Below, in pieces: positions 27,834-35,991 of a stretch of 60,036 nucleotides of DNA. Position numbers and translations under genes: made by a program. Where the stretch lies: IMG/VR virus record IMGVR_UViG_3300033407_000012, positions 1 to 60,036 of that record. One strand, written 5' to 3'. The notes beneath the pieces were generated by a model. It was not told the origin of the DNA. It did not search any database and saw only the letters and a list, made by a program, of their open reading frames with translations. The stretch is from a virus (Duplodnaviria; Caudoviricetes). Position 1 is the first letter of the stretch. Every line of letters begins with the position of its first letter.

Positions 27834-28544
27834 ATGACCAATACACAAAAGCCTGAGCCTGCTGTCCGTCATGGGCATGGCGAAATAGACGTTCATTCCA
27901 TGTTCTACACAATCCAAGGTGAGTGCATCCACCAAGGCCGACCAGCGTTGTTCTTGAGGTTGGCCGGTTGTTCGCTTCAGTGTCCACTGTGTGATACCGA
28001 ATACACGCAAGGCAGGTACAGAGTGGGCTCCTCGGAACTTGCTTATTCAGTAGCAGAGCGTCTTAACCAGCACCGCACTGACTTGCTTGTAATAACAGGT
28101 GGTGAGCCGCTTAGGCAGCAACTTGATGAATTTCTTACTCACATGTATCAATCTAGGCCGGGTACAATTGTTCAAATAGAGACCAATGGCATTCATCCGA
28201 TAACGCCGTTTATGATGGAGCGGATGCAGCGAAGAACACTAGACGTGGTGGTGTCACCTAAAGTACACTACGTCGATGAAACTTTGCGTTTTGCGTCGGC
28301 GTGGAAATATATCATTCAGCACGGCAACGTTGACGAGGCGGACGGCCTCCCTATTCAAGCGCTCGAAAACAAGGTTAAAGGTCGCGTTGCTCGACCACTC
28401 GGCTTTGCTCAGGTCTGGCTAAACCCCGCTGACGAGCAGGACGAGCGCAAAAACAAGCGAAACCGTGACCTAGCAGCCAAGTTGTGCTTAAAGTTCGGTT
28501 ATCGACTTGGCGTGCAGCTCCACAAAATCTACGACCTAGAATAG
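27834..28544 (+). CDS. queE: 7-carboxy-7-deazaguanine synthase (radical SAM)
   Basis: FYTIQGE, CxxxCxxCDT, TGGEP, IETNG, VSPK, QLHK. Confidence 0.93.
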   Translation: MTNTQKPEPAVRHGHGEIDVHSMFYTIQGECIHQGRPALFLRLAGCSLQCPLCDTEYTQGRYRVGSSELAYSVAERLNQHRTDLLVITGGEPLRQQLDEFLTHMYQSRPGTIVQIETNGIHPITPFMMERMQRRTLDVVVSPKVHYVDETLRFASAWKYIIQHGNVDEADGLPIQALENKVKGRVARPLGFAQVWLNPADEQDERKNKRNRDLAAKLCLKFGYRLGVQLHKIYDLE

Positions 28545-28563
28545 ACAAACAGGGCACAAAACA

Positions 28564-28839
28564 ATGAGCAGACTTTCCGACGAACTCGACTCCCGTGGTT
28601 TCGAAAAACCTGTTGAAATTATCGGGGATATCATAACCCACACAGGCAACCAGAAGCAGTATATCATCATGGGTATTGTCTGGATGGGCCATACTGATGA
28701 GTGGGGTTATTTGCATCGTGCTATTTGCGAAGATGACGCCTTGATAACTAGGCCGCTCAGCAACTTGTGCGGTAAAAGATCCAACGGCGAGTTTCGCTAT
28801 TACGAGTTCGGTGACTACGATCAGTTCGCGTTGGAATAA
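28564..28839 (+). CDS. Hypothetical protein (DUF1653-like)
   Basis: Y.I.G......T.E...L.R....RP. Confidence 0.55.
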   Translation: MSRLSDELDSRGFEKPVEIIGDIITHTGNQKQYIIMGIVWMGHTDEWGYLHRAICEDDALITRPLSNLCGKRSNGEFRYYEFGDYDQFALE

Positions 28840-28843
28840 GTTC

Positions 28844-29335
28844 ATGCTGAGATACGCCGGGATAGGATCACGCAAAACACCGTTGCCTGTTTGCAAGGCT
28901 ATGACGGGTGCTGCTGTCCAGCTTTACGATATGGGCTACACCCTGCACTCTGGTGGTGCTATTGGAGCCGATGAAGCCTTTGCCACAGGGGGTGGTGCCC
29001 GGTCCAGGATCTATACCGTAGATGACGTGACTTCTGCAGCTATCGAGCTAGCCAAACACTACCATCCGACTTGGCACAAACTTTCCATGATAGGTAAATC
29101 TTTGATGGCCCGAAATGGTTTTCAGGTTCTTGGAGATGACCTCGTTTCGCCGGTAGATTTTGTTGCGTGCTGGACACCCTACGGTGAAGTAAGGGGCGGA
29201 ACTGGTCAGGCGTTGCGCATAGCCATGGACCCGCTGTGGAACATTCCCGTCTTTAATCTTTACTATCCTCACAATTACAGCCACCTACTTTCGTTCGCAA
29301 TCGATCAAGCCAGAAAGGCAAATCCCAATGTCTGA
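28844..29335 (+). CDS. SLOG/DprA-like nucleotide-binding protein
   Basis: YAGIGSR.TP, SGGA.GAD, RN..Q, GGTGQA, IPVFNL. Confidence 0.8.
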   Translation: MLRYAGIGSRKTPLPVCKAMTGAAVQLYDMGYTLHSGGAIGADEAFATGGGARSRIYTVDDVTSAAIELAKHYHPTWHKLSMIGKSLMARNGFQVLGDDLVSPVDFVACWTPYGEVRGGTGQALRIAMDPLWNIPVFNLYYPHNYSHLLSFAIDQARKANPNV

Positions 29336-31274
29336 GAAAGCAGCAAGTGACATACTAGCCAATAATCGCAATATGAAGAGCCTTGTCGTGATGTCTGGTG
29401 GCCAGGATAGCGCTACCTGTTTGGCGTGGGCCATGCAGCGCGGGCCTGTTTTGCTTGCCTTGTCCTTTTCCTATGGGCAGAAGCACGCCAAAGAACTTCA
29501 AGCAGCCGCCGCCATTTGCGCGAAATTGGGTGTTGCACACAAGATTATGGATCTGTCGCCGATCATCCAAAGCTACCAATCATCTGCTTTGGTCAATCAC
29601 GGCGACACGACCAAGCCACATGCTTACATCGAGGACGTTCCTGCATCATTTGTCCCTGTGCGTAATGCACTCTTTTTGACAGCAGCTTTCGGCGTTGCTA
29701 TGGAAATCGGAGCGCATGCCATTGTTACCGGAGTGTGCCAAACCGACTACTGCATCCCCGGTGACGCGATGGTTTATACTTCCACAGGAGTTAAACCCCT
29801 CAGTGCGTTGCGGGTGGGCGACCTGGTTATGAGTTTTGACCCGGAAACTGGCTTGCGAGACGATAAACCTATTGTAATGCACTCGGAGTCTCCGCACCAG
29901 CCAACACTTCTTAGGATCGAACTAAAAGGTGGCAGCGTTATTGAAGTTACGCCTAACCATCATTTGATGCGTGGAACGTATCAAAAGGATAACAACGGTG
30001 TAGCGTGCAGCTTCAAGTTACAGGTTTGTGACGCTAATAAAATTGCTGTGGGGGATAACCTAATTATTCCTAACCTTCAGCATGATCTACCTAGTCCTGG
30101 TCATCACGATCACGACATTGTGGACTTGTGTGATCACCTACCGCATGATTATCTTTGCGGCAAAGCCACAGTAACAAGCACACAAATTTACAACTCACAT
30201 CAACTGAAAGTTAATCGGTTCGTGGAAAAACTGGACCTCGTGAGGCTAGTTGGGTGGTACGTCACTGAAGGTACTGCGAGTAGGGACATTAATTCGCCGG
30301 AACGCATAGCCATATATCAATCGCCTACCCACAACGCGGATAATCATGCGAAAATTTCAGCGTTGCTAGGCAGGTTTGGAGTCGATAGAGAATTTACTAC
30401 CGAAGAATTTTGCGTAGCTGGCGCAGTTGGGGCTTTCTGCAGAACTCTAGGTACTAACTCTTTCGACATGCGCCTTCCTGATTGGGTTTTTGACCTATCG
30501 GATAAACTAAGATCAGAACTTTTGCAAGTTTTGCTAGATGGTGACGGATGTGTGCATAACGGGGCGGGCTTCAATTTTTATACAGTGAATAAGTTTCTTT
30601 CATCGCAATTCAACCGGCTAGCTGTAAGTTTAGGTTGGCGAGTAACAACAAGACGTCGACCAGGAACTTTGGCCGAGAATGTTAGCTATGAAAGTTGCCT
30701 ATCCCATCAACAATTTAGCAAGCAAAGGCCGCGGAGGACGCTGGGTCAGTCCAGTTTCACGTCTGTTACGTCGATCACAGAAGTCCCTAACAATAGGGTA
30801 CTTTACGACCTGACCGTAGCTGATCATCACACCCTTGTCATTGATCAACAAGGTCCTGTGATAGTCTCACAAAGCGGTTATCCTGATTGTCGTGCACGGT
30901 TCGTCAACAGTTTGGAGCATGCGTTGCAGGTCGGGTACAACTCGAAGATTGCGATCAAAGCCCCGCTGATGTATCACAACAAGGCACAAACTTTCCAGTT
31001 GGCAGAGCAGCTTGGTGTGCTGGACATCATCATCAATGATACGCTCACGTGTTACAACGGAGACGCCGATACACGGAATCCATGGGGTCGTGGTTGTGGT
31101 GAGTGCCCTGCTTGTAAGCTTCGAGCAAAGGGTTATGAGGACTATCTGCTACTTTCCGCCATCCCACTCAACAAAGAACCAGCCGAGCTAACGGGTCACG
31201 AAAACGCCTCCCCGGTGCAGCAGGGCGCTACGTTCGGATTTGGCACTGCGCCCGGGGAAGAAGATGGTTGGTGA
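29328..31274 (+). CDS. queC: 7-cyano-7-deazaguanine synthase with intein
   Basis: SGGQDS, YGQKH, VP.RN, QTDY|SGYPDCR, TCY, CGECPAC.LR. Confidence 0.95.
   Translation: MSEKAASDILANNRNMKSLVVMSGGQDSATCLAWAMQRGPVLLALSFSYGQKHAKELQAAAAICAKLGVAHKIMDLSPIIQSYQSSALVNHGDTTKPHAYIEDVPASFVPVRNALFLTAAFGVAMEIGAHAIVTGVCQTDYCIPGDAMVYTSTGVKPLSALRVGDLVMSFDPETGLRDDKPIVMHSESPHQPTLLRIELKGGSVIEVTPNHHLMRGTYQKDNNGVACSFKLQVCDANKIAVGDNLIIPNLQHDLPSPGHHDHDIVDLCDHLPHDYLCGKATVTSTQIYNSHQLKVNRFVEKLDLVRLVGWYVTEGTASRDINSPERIAIYQSPTHNADNHAKISALLGRFGVDREFTTEEFCVAGAVGAFCRTLGTNSFDMRLPDWVFDLSDKLRSELLQVLLDGDGCVHNGAGFNFYTVNKFLSSQFNRLAVSLGWRVTTRRRPGTLAENVSYESCLSHQQFSKQRPRRTLGQSSFTSVTSITEVPNNRVLYDLTVADHHTLVIDQQGPVIVSQSGYPDCRARFVNSLEHALQVGYNSKIAIKAPLMYHNKAQTFQLAEQLGVLDIIINDTLTCYNGDADTRNPWGRGCGECPACKLRAKGYEDYLLLSAIPLNKEPAELTGHENASPVQQGATFGFGTAPGEEDGW
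29751..30872 (+). mobile_element. Intein (374 aa) with LAGLIDADG endonuclease in QueC
   Basis: Starts CIPGDAMV; T.NH; LVGWYVTEG and LLDGDG; YDLTV; ends IVSQ before Ser. Confidence 0.9.
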
Positions 31275-31530
31275 GGAAGATTTTAAAGTTCGTGTGATAA
31301 ACATAGGGTTCAATGAGGATTTACGTTTTAAGCAAGCTCAGCATCCGCCGTCATGCACCTACTTTCATGGCGACGACACACTCTCCCCTGTGGCAACGAA
31401 TGTGGCTTGTCCGTCTGGGCTATGTTCTGACTTTGACAGCGATTGCGCCAACATAAAGGATCATTTAGCCTGTTTTCGGCATGATCCTGGCAAAGGTCGT
31501 TGCCCTTTTCTGGCTAATAATGAGGAGTAG
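31264..31530 (+). CDS. Small Cys-rich hypothetical protein
   Basis: Coupled ORF. Confidence 0.5.
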   Translation: MVGEEDFKVRVINIGFNEDLRFKQAQHPPSCTYFHGDDTLSPVATNVACPSGLCSDFDSDCANIKDHLACFRHDPGKGRCPFLANNEE

Positions 31531-31534
31531 CGTA

Positions 31535-32080
31535 ATGTCTGCGGGCCTGATATCACCGGATTTAGAAAATCATCCTGGTCGCAAAGCATTTGACAAAATT
31601 GTCTTTGCCATGGATGCAGTTGACCCTGCGGATTATCGTGCTATCGAAGTGAATAAAGCAGCCATGTCGAGCATGATAGATTACATGGCTGACTTAGAAC
31701 GACTAGTCGAAATCGGTCACAAAACCATACGCACTTTGGAAGAAAGTATTGAGTTGCAAGCCGCCGCTGAGGTTCTTGTAGTGAAAGAAGATAAACCTGT
31801 CCCGCCAGAGACACCAGCACCACCCCCTGATAGGTTGGTGAGGACGGGTGTTTTCTGGGAACCGTCAAACTGTGGCATGACATCTTTTTCCTCTGTAGGG
31901 CTGCTGACTGATGGGGAACTGAAGGTCCTTGAAGGTCTTGTCGATGCTCTAGACGCTTTCGAGAAGTTACCTGCTGATTATACGGATTCCAAAAGTGATT
32001 TTAGGTACGGCATTCGTGTTTTGCAGCAGGCTGTCATGTCCAGGCCTGTCAGACGACAGCTTAATATGCCGAAAGGATGA
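31535..32080 (+). CDS. Hypothetical protein
   Basis: GAGGAG RBS. Confidence 0.65.
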   Translation: MSAGLISPDLENHPGRKAFDKIVFAMDAVDPADYRAIEVNKAAMSSMIDYMADLERLVEIGHKTIRTLEESIELQAAAEVLVVKEDKPVPPETPAPPPDRLVRTGVFWEPSNCGMTSFSSVGLLTDGELKVLEGLVDALDAFEKLPADYTDSKSDFRYGIRVLQQAVMSRPVRRQLNMPKG

Positions 32081-32084
32081 GTTA

Positions 32085-32300
32085 ATGAGCAGACGAGCCA
32101 GTGTCGAGATTCGAGGCAAGCAGCGTACATGGGCTGTTGATTGGTATGCTTCTCAGCAGCAAATTGACGACATGCGTGAAGACGGTATTGATGTTCTTGA
32201 GATCGAGAACTCAGTTCCAGCGTGGGTTGTAGACGCTGGTCTTCTACGGCCTTATGTGTTTATACAGGATCTTTGGAACTTTAAAAATCCGTTTTTGTGA
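32085..32300 (+). CDS. Hypothetical phage protein
   Basis: V.IRGK...W; MR.DG.D; QD.WNFKNPF. Confidence 0.65.
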   Translation: MSRRASVEIRGKQRTWAVDWYASQQQIDDMREDGIDVLEIENSVPAWVVDAGLLRPYVFIQDLWNFKNPFL

Positions 32301-32309
32301 GGAACTGGC

Positions 32310-32837
32310 ATGCTTTATAAATCCATCAAAACTTACGGCTCGTGGAACGGTTTGTCATGCTGCTTTCGCCAGTGGCGAGCGGATTCGCATTGTAAGTTCC
32401 TTCACGGCTACCCGCTAGAAATTCGAATTGAGTTTTGCGCACACAATCTTGACGAGAGGAATTGGGTCATAGATTTCGGTGGACTTAAACGTTTCAAATC
32501 GCACATTGAGGCTACATTCGACCACAAAACTCTGGTTGCTCAAGATGACCCACGATTGGATGATATAACCTACTTATCGCAGCTTGAAGTCGCAGATGTT
32601 CTGGTTGTGGAAAATACTGGATGTGAGCTTTTTGCTAAACTAGTTTACGACTTCGCCGAGATGTGGCTTGAGGGCGAGGGTCAGGACCATCGTGTGTGGA
32701 TAGGGCTTGTTGAGGTTAGGGAGCACCCTGGAAACGCTGCTCAATTTATCCCCAGCAGGCAAGAACCTAACCGAAGGCGTCTTGCTAAAATGGCTGAGAT
32801 TCTAAGGAATAAAGCCTTGACGGAAGGTGCAGGTTAG
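32310..32837 (+). CDS. queD: 6-carboxytetrahydropterin synthase
   Basis: C..LHGY, IDFG, FDH, E..A, VRE. Confidence 0.9.
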   Translation: MLYKSIKTYGSWNGLSCCFRQWRADSHCKFLHGYPLEIRIEFCAHNLDERNWVIDFGGLKRFKSHIEATFDHKTLVAQDDPRLDDITYLSQLEVADVLVVENTGCELFAKLVYDFAEMWLEGEGQDHRVWIGLVEVREHPGNAAQFIPSRQEPNRRRLAKMAEILRNKALTEGAG

Positions 32838-32986
32838 TGCCTGTTAGGCTGAAATCTGGCTGGCTTTGTGTTATCCCTGTCAATAAGGAAAATATTCTTT
32901 ATAATCCGCCACCAGCATTAACTTCAATAGAAATAAAATTGGTGCCCAACTATGCGGCGCTTAAAGCACAACTTGAGGAACATAGC

Positions 32987-33598
32987 ATGCCCCGTAGACA
33001 AGACTCCATACCAGCCCAAAAAGCTATCGACATGGTTGCACTGGAGTCCTGTGTTACTGACATGCTCGATATTCTTGAACCAGACCCGGGAAGGAGCGGT
33101 ATCTCCGAGACACCGGCGCGTGTCGCGAAAGCTCTCATGTTTGCCACAGGGGGCTATGATCAGGATCCTGTCACTGTGTTGAAAACGTTTGAAGATGGTG
33201 CGGCTGGCGTTGATGAAATGATTGTGGTATCCGGGATTAAATTCTGGTCGCAATGTGAACACCATATGATGCCCTTTTTTGGGGAGGCGACCATTGCCTA
33301 TATCCCGCAAGGTAAGATTCTTGGTCTGTCCAAGTTTGCTCGATTGGTTGATGTTTTCGCTAGACGTTTACAGGTTCAGGAACGAATGACAACGGACATT
33401 GCAAATGTATTGCACGGTGCTCTCAACCCGCTTGGCGTTGCTGTTTGTACACATGCTCGCCACGCCTGTATGGAATCACGCGGTATTTGTAAACATGGGG
33501 CAGTCACAACCATGCAGAAACTAACCGGTGTTTTTAAGACCGATCCGACTGTCCGTGCTGAATTTTCAGCGCTTACCCGGTTTGACGGCCACCTTTGA
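32987..33598 (+). CDS. folE: GTP cyclohydrolase I
   Basis: ETP.RV, CEHH..PF.G, GLSK..R, RLQVQER.T, H.CM..RG. Confidence 0.95.
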   Translation: MPRRQDSIPAQKAIDMVALESCVTDMLDILEPDPGRSGISETPARVAKALMFATGGYDQDPVTVLKTFEDGAAGVDEMIVVSGIKFWSQCEHHMMPFFGEATIAYIPQGKILGLSKFARLVDVFARRLQVQERMTTDIANVLHGALNPLGVAVCTHARHACMESRGICKHGAVTTMQKLTGVFKTDPTVRAEFSALTRFDGHL

Positions 33599-33615
33599 GC
33601 GTGGTATAGTTGGCC

Positions 33616-34587
33616 ATGCTTAATACAGATCCTCGCGCTACACTCTTTAATGCTGCCCTGTACGGAAACAGGTTCGGCAAGTTCGGGCGCATTTACCAGC
33701 AATGCGACGATGCGGAGCGTAAGCTCAGAGATACAGTGCCACACTATCTGGAGTCGTATCACTACGTAAATAAGGAAAGCTACGTAGCTCAGATGCGTCA
33801 AGATAAAGTTAAAGTGTTTCTGGACAGCGGTGCATTCTCGGCCTACACACAAAAAGTTACCATTGACATCGGGGCCTACTGTGACTATTGCGCACGAAAC
33901 CGTGACATTATTAGATTTCCGTCGGTTCTTGACGTTATCGACTTCGATGATTTGTCCAAGGCTATTAAGGGAACTTACCATAATCAGATGGAAATGGAAC
34001 GTCGGTTTAAAGCCGGTGGGGTATGCTTTGAGGAAACCGGCTACGGCCCCCTTCCTGTTGCCCATTACGGAGAGCCAGACGAAGTCATCCAGCACTATGT
34101 TGACAACTATGGATATATGGCCCTCGGAGGTTTGGTTCCTGTCTCAACTAAGCAAATGATTTTGTGGCTGGATCACATTTTTGAGCGCATAGTCTGTGAT
34201 GCCAACGGGTATCCAAAGGTCCGTGTGCATGGGTTTGGCGTGACCTCATTACCAGTCATGTTGAGGTATCCGTGGGGTTCTGTTGACTCTTCAACATGGG
34301 TACAGTGGTCGTCCAACGGATTCGTACTGGAACCGCTATCAGGCATCCAGATCAATGTATCAAGTAAATCATCTGCCCGGAAAATAAAGGGTCAACATAT
34401 TGATTCTGTATCCGGTATTGAAAGAGAAGAGCTTACTAGGCGAATAGCTGCTCATGGCGTAGACCCGCAGCGCTTAAGGGATAAGTACCAGAGCCGGTTT
34501 GCCTACAACGCATGGGCGTTTCCTGAGTACATTCGGACTCGCAAATTCCCTGAACGATTTATCCGCGAACAACCGGGGCTATTCTGA
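33616..34587 (+). CDS. dpdA: DpdA-like DNA guanine transglycosylase (TGT fold)
   Basis: FLDSGAFS, LD.I, P..H.GE, ALGGL, VHGFG, SVDSSTW; sits in the folE/que cluster. Confidence 0.8.
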   Translation: MLNTDPRATLFNAALYGNRFGKFGRIYQQCDDAERKLRDTVPHYLESYHYVNKESYVAQMRQDKVKVFLDSGAFSAYTQKVTIDIGAYCDYCARNRDIIRFPSVLDVIDFDDLSKAIKGTYHNQMEMERRFKAGGVCFEETGYGPLPVAHYGEPDEVIQHYVDNYGYMALGGLVPVSTKQMILWLDHIFERIVCDANGYPKVRVHGFGVTSLPVMLRYPWGSVDSSTWVQWSSNGFVLEPLSGIQINVSSKSSARKIKGQHIDSVSGIEREELTRRIAAHGVDPQRLRDKYQSRFAYNAWAFPEYIRTRKFPERFIREQPGLF

Positions 34588-35003
34588 TGTCGCAAGCAAT
34601 GTCTTTCAAAGCAAAACTTCACATGATGATAGACTTTCACAGTGCGCGGTTGAATTGCCCGTATAAGCCAGCAGCCTTTCTCAGGAGTGGTCGGCTTCTT
34701 CGAGATCAAACAGAAGTTATGGCTCATGTCTGCCATGATCTTCACTACAAGTATAGCATGTCAGCAGCGGCTATAGCTAGGTGGATAAAATCATCTTACT
34801 CAAGCGTTCGTTACCGTATCGGCATGATCGATGTCGAACTTGGACAGACTGAAACCGTATACGCTGTATTTTACTTGCGACTTCAATCAGCCGCTAGAAA
34901 ACGCGAGGCTGAAAAGAAGAAAACTGATCGTGTATCCAAGAAGTCGGAACGACAGGCCATAGCTGATTGTTTGGCTGAGGGTGTGACCGATGTCCATTCT
35001 TGA
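34587..35003 (+). CDS. Putative HTH protein resembling DnaA domain IV
   Basis: R.....M......L.....S...IAR......SSV.Y.I pattern. Confidence 0.5.
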   Translation: MSQAMSFKAKLHMMIDFHSARLNCPYKPAAFLRSGRLLRDQTEVMAHVCHDLHYKYSMSAAAIARWIKSSYSSVRYRIGMIDVELGQTETVYAVFYLRLQSAARKREAEKKKTDRVSKKSERQAIADCLAEGVTDVHS

Positions 35004-35991
35004 TAGTTTGAAATTTGTATCAGGTGCCGTGGCACGTAAGGATTTTATTCCAGAGTTATGCGCCGTCTTTATTCATGAAGGAAAGATCTCAGCGTATGAC
35101 GGCTTGTTGTCAATCTCTTGCCCTATTGATATTGAGATTACTGCCGCACCTCTGGCCGATCCCTTCATCAAAGCGATCAAGGCTTGTGAACCCGGCGAAC
35201 CGCTTGCCCTGTCTATGACCAAGGCAGGCCGTCTTTCCGTCAAATCAGGCAAGTTCAAGGCCTTTGTTGACTGTGTGCCCGACGCCGATGTAAGGGTGAA
35301 ACCACCGCAGCCAGAGGGCCAGGAAGTGCCAGTAACGGAGGCCTTTTTTGCTGGGATTAAGAAGCTCGCCCCTGTCATGGGTATAGATGCATCACGGCCT
35401 TGGTGCAGAAGTATTCGACTTTTCGGGCCATCAATATTTGCATCCAATAACATCATTGTGGCTGAATACTGGCACGGCTCCCCTGTGGCAATTGAGATTG
35501 TTATCCCAGCTGAAGCGGTAATTCAGTACCTGTCTGCCGGTCGTGTTCCGATTAAACTACTATACAATGAGGATTCTGTGTCTTTCCTTTATGAGGACGG
35601 CGCATGGATTCGATCGCAGTTGCTTGTTGACGGCTGGCCTGTTGATCCCACTAAAATTTTCAAGGAAACAGCTAAGCCGGTTCCGGTAGCTGAAGGCTTT
35701 TTTGCAGCAGTAAAAAAGATTAAACCATTTGCTGCAGATGATATACTGTATTGCGGTACTGGCAAAGTTGCCACAGGGGAGATCGTGGAGGATGATAAGA
35801 ATCAAGCTGGTGCAATAATGGAAGTTGATATCGTTGCTGAGGTCAAGCCGGTATTCTCACTGCACAATATGCTTCTTCTAGATGGTATCGCTGACAAACT
35901 GGATTTTGAAAGTTATCCCGAGCCGAGCGCCTTTACTGGTCAAAGAACCAGAGGTGTCATAGCCGGTAGAATGCGACCGAGTCCCGCATAA
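34990..35991 (+). CDS. DNA polymerase sliding clamp (beta-like)
   Basis: 333 aa; L.FV..AV..K...P.L......G.I.A.DG N-terminus; upstream of the polymerase. Confidence 0.7.
   Translation: MSILDSLKFVSGAVARKDFIPELCAVFIHEGKISAYDGLLSISCPIDIEITAAPLADPFIKAIKACEPGEPLALSMTKAGRLSVKSGKFKAFVDCVPDADVRVKPPQPEGQEVPVTEAFFAGIKKLAPVMGIDASRPWCRSIRLFGPSIFASNNIIVAEYWHGSPVAIEIVIPAEAVIQYLSAGRVPIKLLYNEDSVSFLYEDGAWIRSQLLVDGWPVDPTKIFKETAKPVPVAEGFFAAVKKIKPFAADDILYCGTGKVATGEIVEDDKNQAGAIMEVDIVAEVKPVFSLHNMLLLDGIADKLDFESYPEPSAFTGQRTRGVIAGRMRPSPA

Noticed and set aside
33616-34587. Canonical tRNA-guanine transglycosylase
   Set aside because: Lacks the C-terminal CxCxxC zinc site; phage que/fol/polymerase context favours DpdA
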